The notes beneath the pieces were generated by a model. It was not told the origin of the DNA and searched no databases. It saw nothing but the letters and a program-made list of their open reading frames with translations. A program made the translations under genes and the position numbers. A stretch of DNA of 64,000 nt, counting the filler, from Sanchytrium tribonematis (lineage: Eukaryota), in NCBI GenBank assembly GCA_018985235.1. It is 11 parts of 11 records of this genome, joined end to end, with 100 filler letters (N's around TTAATTAATTAA, not from the genome) between each part and the next. Parts side by side here need not be neighbours in the genome. Positions count along the whole stretch, not along the records: positions 4,138 to 27,974 come from JADGIG010000075.1; positions 28,075 to 32,108 come from JADGIG010000768.1; positions 32,209 to 36,234 come from JADGIG010000769.1; 8 more parts are not named here. One strand, written 5' to 3'. Positions 20,920-32,219 of this stretch are shown piece after piece; the stretch's first letter is position 1; every line of letters begins with the position of its first letter.

Positions 20920-21486
20920 CTAATCAAATCCCAAAACTTTACGTCTCTGAATTTTGACTCTTTCAACCAAGACTTGTTTTTTACCAGTTGCTGAAAGCCC
21001 ACACGCTCTAAGAATATCCTTGAGTTCAGACACAGTGATGTCTTCGAAATTGATTTTCTCTAAAACCTTTTGCATATGTTGTTGTTTTGACATTTTCTTT
21101 TGTGCGGGAATAGGTATCTGTGGGGATCTGTATTCCATTGGTAGTTGTGGGCTTATCATTGGAGACGTAGGTAATTGTGGGGAATGTAGTGAATGCACTG
21201 GTGGAGATGAATGCATCAATTGTGGAGACTCCATTGGATACCCCTGTTGGTGTTGATAGTAATTATTATAGTAATCAAAATGCATATCAACTGGGGGTGC
21301 GCTCAACGGAGCATCGTAAGTCATAGCAGACTGTTGGAATGTTGTAATGTATGGCCCCGCACTCGACGGTTCGGCATAATTGGAATAAACTGGCATAAAT
21401 GAAGTATCAACCGTCAATTTTCTTGGCTCTGATTGATTCGGATATTCCCATGTGGGGCTCTGTAGGTACGACTCATTTGGCAACAT
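20920..21486 (-). CDS. SAP-domain protein
   Basis: C-terminal ITVSELKDILRACGLSATGKKQVLVERV after a P/Q/S-rich region. Confidence 0.85.
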   Translation of the reverse strand: MLPNESYLQSPTWEYPNQSEPRKLTVDTSFMPVYSNYAEPSSAGPYITTFQQSAMTYDAPLSAPPVDMHFDYYNNYYQHQQGYPMESPQLMHSSPPVHSLHSPQLPTSPMISPQLPMEYRSPQIPIPAQKKMSKQQHMQKVLEKINFEDITVSELKDILRACGLSATGKKQVLVERVKIQRRKVLGFD

Positions 21487-21695
21487 TTGGGTGTGTTTGA
21501 TCTCCGACTGCTTTTGAATTCAATAATGATCCTTCGTCCAATCAAACGGCATTTAATATATCACAAGTGATTTTTAACAAATCGAATAACCTTAAGTTCC
21601 TTGTAGAGCTCTATGTTGTGAATTCTCAAGACAAGAGTTTTAAATTTCTGGTTTTGGCCATAATTTGGAGTGTAATGTTTCGTTGAAACAATTTT

Positions 21696-22733
21696 ATGCA
21701 AAAATCACCCGCCTATTTGTTTAATGGATTAAAAATGAAATCGAAGAATCTTCAGAGAACAAATGCATTGTTGCTACTTGACACAATTAGCGATGTTAAA
21801 AATGTGGACTTAAATCTTAAATTTGTAGAGACATTATTTTCTTTGGACTTTCATTTTGACGAATTTTCACTCATTTGTTTATTCTTCATGACAGAAAATA
21901 CCGGTGCTATTAAATTAGCAATAGGTGAAGGAGATTTTTTCAAATTTTTACGCAGAATTATAAATTATACAAACACTGAGTTGGAATATCAAACATATTT
22001 GGGTAAAACGATTCAAAAAGTGAAACATTTACCCACCACTGTCAATGAGTTACTAATATTGACACTTTGCGCTATATGCTCGATACATGATGTACAGATT
22101 TTGATAAGAATGCAGGCAATTCTAAAAACACTTAATATTATACCTTTTTGTGAGATTCATATAAAACGTTTTCCGGATCTAATACTTCATTTGGTTGAAT
22201 TTTTGAATTTGGAATGTCTTGAAATGCAGCTAACTTTCACAAAAAATGAAATGTTGATGACTGATGTAATAGGGTTTTTAAATTCAAAGTATTTCCAGAA
22301 TTCTCTTAAAGCTTTGATTAACATCAGCAGTGGAAATGTAGTCGCTGTTGAATCGTTGACCTCTCGAATTGATTTTAATCATTTGTATGAACAAATGCAA
22401 ACTGATTCTCATAAAAATATTATTTTAGGATTTCTATTGAATATTTTAGAATACCAAACAATTCCAATTTCAGAAGCAGATATAGAAAACTTCATAAATT
22501 TGTACAATTCAAAATCAAAAATTATACAGGATGACAAATCTCATTTACTTCTATTTGAACTTTTATTTCTTTGGCTTGTTTATCATGATGTAGTTGCAAT
22601 TGATAGATTTACAAATGTATTTGTCATTGAAGATACGCTGGAAGGAATTCATGCCATGACTCAAATGCAAAATCGAAATTGGGATTCAATTCACAGTTTG
22701 GTAAATCAAATTAATTCAATTCTTGAAAAGTAA
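21696..22733 (+). CDS. Helical-repeat protein, possibly Wapl/Wpl1-like
   Basis: LKALINIS..N and ILGFLLNILE resemble WAPL-domain motifs; divergent. Confidence 0.5.
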   Translation: MQKSPAYLFNGLKMKSKNLQRTNALLLLDTISDVKNVDLNLKFVETLFSLDFHFDEFSLICLFFMTENTGAIKLAIGEGDFFKFLRRIINYTNTELEYQTYLGKTIQKVKHLPTTVNELLILTLCAICSIHDVQILIRMQAILKTLNIIPFCEIHIKRFPDLILHLVEFLNLECLEMQLTFTKNEMLMTDVIGFLNSKYFQNSLKALINISSGNVVAVESLTSRIDFNHLYEQMQTDSHKNIILGFLLNILEYQTIPISEADIENFINLYNSKSKIIQDDKSHLLLFELLFLWLVYHDVVAIDRFTNVFVIEDTLEGIHAMTQMQNRNWDSIHSLVNQINSILEK

Positions 22734-22742
22734 ATTAGTAAT

Positions 22743-22955
22743 TTATTCAATAGGCAAATTAATTATGACATATTCTTCTTCCAATAGTCTAATCTGGTCT
22801 TTACTTTCGACATAGTGCAAATTTGCTTCTGAACCACATCCTACCGTTCTTTGTATTCTAAAAGTCTGAGTAGACTGATCATTCAGTGACGATGATTTAA
22901 ATTCAGATGGAAAATCAAACAATGCGTTCTGAGGAAAATCAAAATCGGGGGACAT
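22743..22955 (-). CDS. Small hypothetical protein
   Basis: AAAATG start and GAATAAA stop context like neighbouring genes. Confidence 0.35.
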   Translation of the reverse strand: MSPDFDFPQNALFDFPSEFKSSSLNDQSTQTFRIQRTVGCGSEANLHYVESKDQIRLLEEEYVIINLPIE

Positions 22956-23134
22956 TTTATTTGTGACCGCAAGTGATTGATATTTGTAGTCTGTAAAATT
23001 AATGGCAATCCAATCAAATTACCCAATCACTTTGATCCGCAGGATTATCCCAAACCTTCGTTTATTAGCACAATAAGTTGCTACCTTTAGAATTTAAATA
23101 AACTAAATTTCAACCTTTCTTTTGTCTATTCTCC

Positions 23135-25743
23135 ATGTTAGAAATCTCATTTCAAAATTTTTCATTTCATCCTGTTTTTAAACTATGCCATCCTGGTATT
23201 AAAGCTAGTGATGCTGATCTAGAACAAACTGGCACTGTTCTATTGGATGCCACCGAACCACTTGTCATGGCGATCACCGGAGAATATGAACAAGATCCTT
23301 CACAATTTCAATCTGATATCCACTGCGTTAATAGTCTCATTAATACTATTGTTAAAAACACTCATTCAATTTATCAATATCTCGAACAAAATAAAAGTAA
23401 TATTGCTAATCAATCGGAACTTCCTCAAATCCACCATGAACCACTTTTACAATATCTCATTAAAACATTAGCAAATTACTATTTATATTTCTTCCTCATT
23501 CAAAACAACAATGTTGATAAATTATTTCCGAATTCGATCAAGTTTATTTGGATTGATACATTTACAGAAGAATCTCACGAGCAGTCTGCATGGGCATTTG
23601 AAAAAGCAAATTTGCTTTTTAACTTTTCTCAATTGCAATACTTGATAGGCTTTGTAAAATTAAATAGCAAAAATAGTAACGGCGTTGCCGTGGGAAACTC
23701 AATTGGAAAGGAATTGCGTCAAAGTTTGATAGCCATGAAACCATATAATCATTTTTATCATGCTGCTCATATATCCAATTTTATAAAAGTCAATTTTCTA
23801 CATGCGCCTACTGATGATATGCAAGGTTACGCCGTGGATGGTTTTGTGAGTTACTTTTTAGGATTGGCCCAATTACAAATGCTACAAAATTGTAAGAAAT
23901 TGGCATTATGTGTAAAATTATGCAAAGGAGCCCAAAGTTATTTTGAGAAAGCTACCGAGATACCCGTTCTAGCATTGTCAAACGATGTAAAGATATTAAA
24001 TGCGTTCTCAAATATATACAAAGCACAACTTGCAGTAGAACAGGGAAAACATGGCGAGCGGATCGCTAGATTGCAGAATGGGCTTTCTATTCTAAAAAGT
24101 GTTTCTTATACGAAAGAGTTTCTTAAGTTGTTGCAAGATGAAATTAAAAGTGCAATCAAAGAAAATGATGTCGTATATCATGAAGCAGTACCAAAAATAG
24201 ACGAGTTGCTGGAAATTGACGAAGTAAAAGCAGTTTCTTTGGAAGAATCAAAAGGCGTGACCACAATTGATAACATTATTGAGAGCTTTGGCGGCAAAGA
24301 TGTTCTACAAGCTAGTCTTAAATCATTCTTAGCTCAAAATAATAATTCGAAGTCTTTATTTACAACTCTGGTTCCTTTGCAAGTTGTGGAATCTGCTAGT
24401 TTATATTCAGAAAAGGTTTCAGATGTTGTTCGGGAAATTCAAGGTCAAGTTGATAATTCGGACGCACTATTTGAAAAATGGTTGAGTGAGAATCACGTTT
24501 TGATGAGAATCAAACGATTTGAGAGAAGCAATATTTCTACGGGTTCTGCCTCAGATCATTTTGACTTAAAGTCTCTCCAATCGAGACTCAATGATATAGG
24601 CAAAAGTGAAAGTGAAATTAAATTAAATGAGCTTACATCTACATTCACCTCCACGAAGCAAAAAACTGAGCAAACTATATTCAGATCTTCAACTTTACTT
24701 CAACAGGAATCTCCCAATGACCCAACACTTTTGGCGATATTTCGGAATAACATCGATAGCTTGAAGGACTCGCTGGCTCAAGCCTCTAGGAATGATCAGC
24801 TTATATTTACGCATATTTCAGAATTTCACAATACACCTTCTTTATATCTTTGTTTGACTAATAGAATTAGTATTGACAATTACTTAAATAGTTTGTTTCC
24901 CAAGGAAGAACCTTCACTTATACAGGTTGGAGACGTGAGTCCAAAATTAAATGTTGTCAAAGAATCGTTGGAAAGTTGGTATCAATTGAAAAAATCGAGA
25001 GAATCTGTGTTGAATGATCTCAAAGATAAGGTAAATCTATTCTAATGTAGGCACAAAAAGATACTATAAATTCACAATTATTGAGCTTTAAAGGCGACAA
25101 GGACTTGCTATATAGCGCTGAGCTACAAAAGTACACACCATATAAAGCCAAAATCAATGAGTTTGAACTTCAGTGCGCCAAATTAGTTCAAAAAATCCAA
25201 AAGAGTTGGAATGACTTGCTTTCTACAAGCTTTCGTCAAACCGAGTTAGACCGCAAATCTTCAGATCAAAAATACACAGATATTCATACGAAACTTTTGT
25301 CCTCGGCTGATTTGTATATGAGTGCTAAGGAAAATTTATCTGATGGTTTATCGTTTTATGCGGATTTGCAGTCTGAAGCTGATAAGGTTTTAGCTGCGTT
25401 AGAAAATGCAGTTAACAGCAGGTCATTTCAAAGAGGGCATCAGCCTAACCAGAAATTTCAAGTCTTTCAGAGTTCTCCTACCAGCTACCAGCCGCCTGCT
25501 GTAAACTTTCAACAACAAGCATATCCGTCCAGTCTAGATAATCAATTTAGCCAAATGAATATCCAAAGCGAACAGCAAATGCTTATGAATTATATGCAAG
25601 GAAATCAACCTCAACATTCTCAACAAATCAACCAGAATTCAAATCCATATGCGACCCAAAATATTAAACCGCTGCCGTCAGTGCCAAACCCATATGCAAA
25701 ACCTTTTTCGCCGACAGATGGACCACCTTTGCCCCCCAAATAA
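23135..25743 (+). CDS. BRO1: BRO1/ALIX family protein (Bro1, V domain, Pro-rich tail); 2 exons (23135..25030, 25051..25743)
   Basis: F.W.DTF, AFEKANLLFN, FLHAPTDD, HGERIARL, KENDVVYHE.VP, LVPLQV.ESASLYSE, GLSFY.DL. Confidence 0.92.
25031..25050 (+). other. 20-nt intron (GTAAATCTATTCTAATGTAG)
   Basis: Removal gives ...DLKDK|AQKDTINSQLLSFK..., in frame with ORF 25081..25743; CTAAT branch site. Confidence 0.92.
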
Positions 25744-25805
25744 AATAGTTCACCAATCAACGCACTAATTTTTTATTTAAAAAGTAATTTCATCATCTTT
25801 TGAAC

Positions 25806-26057
25806 ATGAGCGATCAATTGACTATCCAACAACTTCAAAACTTGAAAGGTGAAATTCAGAGCAAGCAGGGAGGTTTGGCTAACGGATTAAATGATGTGCC
25901 ATTGTCAGTTTTAAGAGAAGCTGTAATGTCTAAAGGCGATAAAATAATGACACCTGAAATTAAAAAACAGCTTGAGGGAATAACTCAACAGAATGAGACC
26001 GAGCAACGAAAATACTTAACAGACTTAATTGCTAAGATCTCAAAAAGCGAGCAATAA
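25806..26057 (+). CDS. Small hypothetical protein
   Basis: 83-aa ORF from ATG 25806, ending in CAATAAA. Confidence 0.55.
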   Translation: MSDQLTIQQLQNLKGEIQSKQGGLANGLNDVPLSVLREAVMSKGDKIMTPEIKKQLEGITQQNETEQRKYLTDLIAKISKSEQ

Positions 26058-26083
26058 ATTATCTCATTAATCCTTGAAACTCA

Positions 26084-26509
26084 ATGATTTTATTAGCCGT
26101 AATCATTACTGCTCAATTCTGTCCAGATGTTTTTGATCCAGTTTGTGTCGATGGGACCACATTTTCAAATAGTTGCAAAGCTCAAGTAGCTGGCTTTAAT
26201 GTGACCACTAAAGGTGCTTGTAATGATGTATTTGTTTTACCACCCTCCATTCCTGACAATTTACCATCATTGAACAGCACAAACAATCAATCTTCAAATA
26301 ATACACTAAACGCAAGCTTGAATACCAACTGCTCCTATAATCCTGTCTGTTATAATGGCACAACTTATGAAAGTGAATGTTTGGCAAAGGAAAAAAATAT
26401 TACAGATTATGTCGATGGAAATTGTGCTAACAAAAGAGATAGCTCAAATTTTGCTAACACAGTTTTTGTTGGATTATTATCTGCTTCCACGCTATTCAAT
26501 TTATTATAA
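26084..26509 (+). CDS. Secreted, probably GPI-anchored protein with two Kazal-like domains
   Basis: Short signal peptide; CPDVFDPVCVDGTTFSNSC...GAC and YNPVCYNGTTYESEC...GNC; hydrophobic C-terminus. Confidence 0.85.
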   Translation: MILLAVIITAQFCPDVFDPVCVDGTTFSNSCKAQVAGFNVTTKGACNDVFVLPPSIPDNLPSLNSTNNQSSNNTLNASLNTNCSYNPVCYNGTTYESECLAKEKNITDYVDGNCANKRDSSNFANTVFVGLLSASTLFNLL

Positions 26510-26514
26510 ATTTA

Positions 26515-27237
26515 TTACTTTTTAAAATTCATTTGCTGCATTATCAACTTTTGGTTTTCTATAATGGTTTTTTCAAGTGAAATAGAAGATTCTTTCAAGA
26601 ATTTCATGTCAGTTCTTAATTCTTCTATAATTTGTTTTACAGTGATTTGCTGATCCACATTAGAGAGTAATTGACCTTCTTTAATGACATTCAGTCTGTC
26701 AATCAATTTGGGCAGCATACTTTTTATAGGACTGTATTTTTGATATATTTGGGAGAGAGACTGTGCCTTTGATAGATCTGCCATTTGCGGATTGGCTAAT
26801 AGTTTTTCATTTTGTTGAATAAATTTGGCCGCTTGCTGAATCGCATGTAATTTTGGAAGCACATCTATAAATTCAGTTCCAACTTTGTGTTCTAATGATT
26901 TTAATCGATCTTCTAGACCCAAGTACTTATGATTTTCAGTGTGGGGCTGTAGTTGAATTTTCTGAATTTCTTCAAGCATAAGATCGGCGCGATGATACTG
27001 CTTCTTAGCCAATATACTATTCACGTCCATGTCACTAAGACTGCCAAGTTCAGCGAAATGTTTCTTGATCATTTCTTGATTTACAATTCTTGAGCTAAGA
27101 TTTGCTTGCAATTCTCCTTTTATAATGTCTGGATTTGGTAGTGATGGTGTGGTATCCATCATATCAGGTTTTTCAACTATATGACTAAAGACATTTTCCG
27201 CATTTACATCTACATATTCAAGATTTTCAAATTTCAT
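26515..27237 (-). CDS. Coiled-coil protein, possibly a shortened dynamitin (dynactin p50)
   Basis: N-terminal KFENL..VD....VF, LEDRLKSLE..VG, LPKLIDRL and C-terminal IIEN resemble dynamitin. Confidence 0.55.
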   Translation of the reverse strand: MKFENLEYVDVNAENVFSHIVEKPDMMDTTPSLPNPDIIKGELQANLSSRIVNQEMIKKHFAELGSLSDMDVNSILAKKQYHRADLMLEEIQKIQLQPHTENHKYLGLEDRLKSLEHKVGTEFIDVLPKLHAIQQAAKFIQQNEKLLANPQMADLSKAQSLSQIYQKYSPIKSMLPKLIDRLNVIKEGQLLSNVDQQITVKQIIEELRTDMKFLKESSISLEKTIIENQKLIMQQMNFKK

Positions 27238-27257
27238 AGGAGAAATTTAGAAACTTG

Positions 27258-27896
27258 ATGTTGAAAAGATTTGCACGCAGATTATTTATACAAGTGGAAG
27301 AGACTCCCAATATTGATGCCCTTAAGTTTAAACCGGGACAAACCGTTACTGAACATGCCCAAGATGTTAGTCGATCAAATTCTCAAATTTCTCCGTTAGC
27401 AGAATATTTATATCGTATAGATGGTGTACAAGGCGTTTATTTCGGTCCAGATTTTGTCAGTGTGACCAAAGATAATGCTTCTCAATGGACAGTCTTAAAA
27501 CCAATGATATTCAGCACTCTTACTGAATTTTTTACTTCCAAGCAGCCAATCTATAATGACCCTTCAACTTTAGGAAACGATACACAAATCTTAGAAACAG
27601 ATTCAGAAACTGTTAAAATGCTCAAAACACTGATCGCGGATCGAATCCGCCCATATATTCAGCAAGATGGGGGAGATATTAATTTTGTAGGCTACAAAGA
27701 TGGTGTTGTTCATGTTAAATTGCAAGGTGCTTGTAAAACATGTTCATCGTCTACAATTACTTTGAAAAGAGGGATTGAATCTATGATGAAGCATTATGTT
27801 CCAGAAATCAAATCAGTTGAACAAATTGAAGATGAAGAAGAATTGATAGCAAATTCTGCTTTTAAAAATCTCGAGAAGAAGTTGGGTGAAGTGTGA
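27258..27896 (+). CDS. NFU1: Mitochondrial Fe-S scaffold NFU1
   Basis: LFIQ.EETPN..ALKF.PG, RIRP.IQ.DGGDI, LQGAC.TC.SS..TLK.GIE. Confidence 0.96.
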   Translation: MLKRFARRLFIQVEETPNIDALKFKPGQTVTEHAQDVSRSNSQISPLAEYLYRIDGVQGVYFGPDFVSVTKDNASQWTVLKPMIFSTLTEFFTSKQPIYNDPSTLGNDTQILETDSETVKMLKTLIADRIRPYIQQDGGDINFVGYKDGVVHVKLQGACKTCSSSTITLKRGIESMMKHYVPEIKSVEQIEDEEELIANSAFKNLEKKLGEV

Positions 27897-28074
27897 ACTA
27901 GAATCATAACTAATTAAAATAAAAAGATATTAAGTTGACAACAGTGATTGAAAGCAAGGAGGGTGCCCTGAAACNNNNNNNNNNNNNNNNNNNNNNNNNN
28001 NNNNNNNNNNNNNNNNNNTTAATTAATTAANNNNNNNNNNNNNNNNNNNNNNNNNNNNNNNNNNNNNNNNNNNN

Positions 28075-28734
28075 TTAGTGGGCCATTAAATACTATTATA
28101 AATGCAAAAACCGTGTATTTAAGACGTAATTCTCTAAGTGGCACCATTCAATTACAACAGCCTGTTTCTTTAGACATTAAATACAATCAGATTACTGATG
28201 TGACTATTAATGATGACAGCGCATTAACATATTGTATTGTAGACAATAATCTCTTAACACCCTCTTTCATGTTAAAATCATTTGCTTATTTATGTTCTGG
28301 AATATCCAATACAATGGGTATTAGCAGTCCATCTGCCACATCTATTCAGAAATCGAGCACGGATTCGAGCACAGATTCGACCACATTGACACTAAAATCA
28401 ATGAATGATAAAACACAAGAGACACCTATAACTAGATTATTACGTATTTAATACTCATATAGGACCCATAAAATCCACGGTACAACTTACATCCATTTCA
28501 ATTTGGTCAAAATCAGCTTCAAACACGGATAAATGGATTCAAATTCAAACTACTACAAAATTAATTGCAGTAGTTAATATGCCACATGTTCAATTGACAT
28601 GGAATACATCTTGGCAATCTATATTGAGATGTGTCATTAATTTACAATTATTGACAATTTTGAGTGTAAAATACCATTCTAAAGTAAAATCAAGACAAAC
28701 TCACAAGTTGGGTACACTTCTATCAATTTACTAA
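28075..28734 (+). CDS. LRR receptor-like protein, 3' part (last LRR, Cys cap, S/T stalk, TM); 5'-truncated; exons ..28443 and 28463..28734
   Basis: Family C-cap P..L.I..NQI.DV.I.D...LT.C.VDNN.L; after a 19-nt intron the frame runs to a hydrophobic segment and basic tail (ILRCVINLQLLTILSVKYHSKVKSR). Confidence 0.8.
28444..28462 (+). other. 19-nt phase-1 intron (GTATTTAATACTCATATAG) before the TM exon
   Basis: Contains an in-frame TAA; removal opens about 90 further codons. Confidence 0.85.
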
Positions 28735-28867
28735 TAAATGAATATATATGCATTTGTAAATTTATACTTGATTTTCGGATGATCAAAGATCAGTCAAGTG
28801 ATTTATGATGCAATGATCATCACACATGTTACATCATGTGAATCTATCAAATAATCCCCATCTGACA

Positions 28868-29366
28868 ATGTTGTGTCTCATACTTCTCTTTGCAAATACA
28901 ATCCAATTCACAATATCCAATTTAAATTCAAATTTCAAATTCGATATTCAAATCGGCAAATATGATGCATTTTGGACATCCACACATGAGCCATTAGACT
29001 ATCAACACAAGACATATACATTCAACATACGTAATCACCATCAAATCATCATTAAACAGCCATTTCCCATTGGTGATTCAAAATAGTCAGCATGAGATAG
29101 AAATACATGTAGATGGTAAATTATTAAATGATAAATGGATGTATTTTTATAAAATTGGATTTTATGGGGAATGGAACGAGAGTCGATTAGAAATGGGTGC
29201 ATTTATGAATGAATTAGAAAAACATGTGAATATTGGGGATGAATTATGGGTGAGAGTCAATAAATGTGTACCATTTCTAGTAAAAGTGGGAGAAATAAAG
29301 AGAAATGCCATTTATCATGCCATTCATGGTGCTACAAGTAGTCGAATGATGTTTCCAGTAAAATAA
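28868..29366 (+). CDS. Hypothetical secreted protein split over two frames
   Basis: Signal-like MLCLILLFA; ORFs 28826..29086 and 29070..29366 overlap and the junction is unresolved. Confidence 0.35.
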
Positions 29367-29400
29367 ATCAATGAATATACACGACAACCAAATTTACTAA

Positions 29401-32108
29401 TCAATGTGACTGCATTGAATAAATCATTGAATTTGGTTTTTTGGGTCTATTTTTACTCTTTTTCAGTACGTAATTGCCATAAAATAATCCTGCTAAAAGT
29501 AAAACATCCATGGATACTCTCAATCCCATTTGGATTGTTAATTGGACAATGGAAACCACTGGCGCACGAAACACTGTTAAATTGCTGAATACAATATTAG
29601 CAGTGGTTGATTGGCTGGATAATGTGGCATATCTTACTGATTCAAAGGCACTACTGGCTGTAGAAGTAGTAGATGCTTTGTGAAATACCCGTGTGACGAC
29701 TAAATGAGTAAAAATAACTTGATTTGACTAATGTCTCATTTAGAGCAATACTACTATCAATCATGCTACTTGATGATTTCAATTTACTAGATTCTTGAAT
29801 AAATTGACTTTTGGCTGTGGTTTCGACTGTAGTGACTGCAATTTGCAATTTTGAAGATGGCGTTGTCAAATAAAGCTGTTTACACATGGTGTAGTTGGAG
29901 ACATAAGAACTGTTTAATAGAGCATTAAATGATAAATCACAGTCTGTCAACAAAGTCGTATTTTGCACTTGAACTTCATAAATAGACGTATTTCCCAAAA
30001 TTAAATGTGTGGGTTTCTGTAATACAATCATGTCGTTGAAGAAGTTGCCTTCATTGACTGTATTACCCAATACGACATCATTTAAAGAAGCAGGAAATGG
30101 GGGCAATGGACCTGTTAGAAAATTCCCCTGAATTCGCAATTGTTGTAAATTGGGTGGTAAAGTAGGAAGTTTGCCCGTCATATTACATCCAACTAATTGA
30201 AGCACTTTTAATGTGCTAGGCAATTGAGGGATCGTCTGATTTAAATTCAAATTGCTGATTATCAAAACCTCTAATCCTTCAAACAATGTAGGCAATTTGC
30301 CATCAATGTTGGTATAAACTAATGCGATTTCTTTGATATGTGTGGGCATGTTATCTGGAAACCTGGTGCTTTGGTTGTACATTCCAAAAATGTACAATTT
30401 CTCTAAAGATGGAGGAATATCTGACACTGAAAGTGCAAACCCATCCACAGTTTTGGCTTTATCATATCCATTTATGTATAAAGCAGTTACATTTTGCCCT
30501 ACACACTGTATGTATAGATCAAATTCACAGCAATTGGCATCTATTCCTGTTGAAGTGAGAATTCCCATTTTTTGAAACATTCTTAATACATACGAGCAAG
30601 AATTGAGGACAGGAGATACTGTATTCTTTTGAATGTCGTGTTTACAATTTATCAAGTTGGTTAAATTGCCTACTGCAATGTTATTCAGTGAAACATCACA
30701 ATCAGGAATATTAATTTGACTCAAAGTTGAGATTTTGTCAATCAAATTGTTTCTAAAGTTAAACATGCCACTACCAGCTGTCACAAATGTAGACAAATCA
30801 ATAATACCTTTGATATTATTGTTTCTAATATCAATTCCATTTAAAATGCTTCCCTTTAATCCATTTTGCACAGAATCAAAATTGTTGTTGGCTGCCGATA
30901 AAGTCGTTAATTTACTCAAAAGTGGGATTGTTCCAGTCATTTGGTTGTTACTAATGGATAGGGTCACTAAACTGGCCGGTAATTTACCAGAAATAGGCCC
31001 TGTGAGAAGATTATTGGACAAATTCAATTCTGTCAATTTCGTGAATTTGGTAAAACTTGGAACAATGCCTGTGATGCTATTTACATGCAAGCCTAAATAT
31101 GTAATTGTTGCTGGTAAAAGAGCTGTATTGATTGAACCATTGAGCCCTAAACTATTCAAATCCAAATAAGAAATTCTATTTGCTGAACAAGCCATATAAC
31201 CAGAATTGTCACAACAGTTGCTACGACTTGACAAGTAACTGTAGATTCCTGGGTTTGTCAAATGTATATTCAATTGCCTCAAAAATGAAATGAAATTCGG
31301 ACAATCAGTTGAAGCTGGAGATGTTTTGTAAATAAACGAACAGCGAGTAGCAAGTTGTGAGACACCAGGTTGCATTGCCGTGTCAAAATAATCATAATCG
31401 ACATTGCAAGTTGTCAAATTTTCACCATGTGGCAAATACAATCTATCAAAAGTGTTGTAGCTGAGTGACAACGAGGTAATATTTGGAGAAGAAATCGTCA
31501 AATTACCAGAGAATCTATTATATGACAAATCAAGAGTCTTGATAGATTTAAAGTCCATTGGAATGGTACCAATGAAATTGCAAAATGACAAATCTACAAA
31601 TTCCACCTTGGATGGTAAATATCCCAAAACATTGGTTTTCGGAGAATTACACTTGTGAAATGTGACCTGTGTCAAATTTTCCGCTTTAATTGGCAACACA
31701 TTGTCAACGCAATGATTCATTTCAACCACTTCCAGAGAATTTGGTAAAATGGGCACGACTTCCTGGTCATAACAATAATATCGAAACACTGTTAGATTTG
31801 GAAATGTTTTAAATGCCAAAGTAATAGGAAAGGATTGCATTAAATTCAAAACTTTCAATGTGTCTGGTAAAGATTTAATGATCATTGCTTTATAGCTGTT
31901 ATTCAAGTCCAAAACACGTAGTTTTGGAGGTAAATGAATCTCTGGATAAGTTCTTCTATCCGCATCAGCATCTGTAATGAATCCCCAATACAATTCTACT
32001 ACTCTTTCATTCTCACAAACTACTCCAACTCCAAAACAACAATCCAATTCATATTGAATAAAATACTCTGTAAAAGTATATTTAATATCCAAATCTAATT
32101 CCAATTGA
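29401..32108 (-). CDS. Multi-cassette LRR receptor-like protein with TM; 5'-truncated; exons ..29719 and 29699..29401
   Basis: Three Cys-capped LRR modules and an S/T stalk; after a 19-nt intron it reads ...GLRVSMDVLLLAGLFYGNYVLKKSKNRPKK...SH*. Confidence 0.85.
29700..29718 (-). other. 19-nt phase-1 intron (GTTATTTTTACTCATTTAG) before the TM exon
   Basis: Removal bypasses TAG at 29651 and opens the frame to TGA at 29401. Confidence 0.82.
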
Positions 32109-32219
32109 NNNNNNNNNNNNNNNNNNNNNNNNNNNNNNNNNNNNNNNNNNNNTTAATTAATTAANNNNNNNNNNNNNNNNNNNNNNNNNNNNNNNNNNNN
32201 NNNNNNNNTATTATCAAAA

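Noticed and set aside
29031..29100. Intron joining ORFs 28826..29086 and 29070..29366
   Set aside because: No 19-20-nt solution exists. The only frame-restoring candidate found is 28 nt (29073-29100) with no branch motif, so an indel or pseudogene is equally likely.
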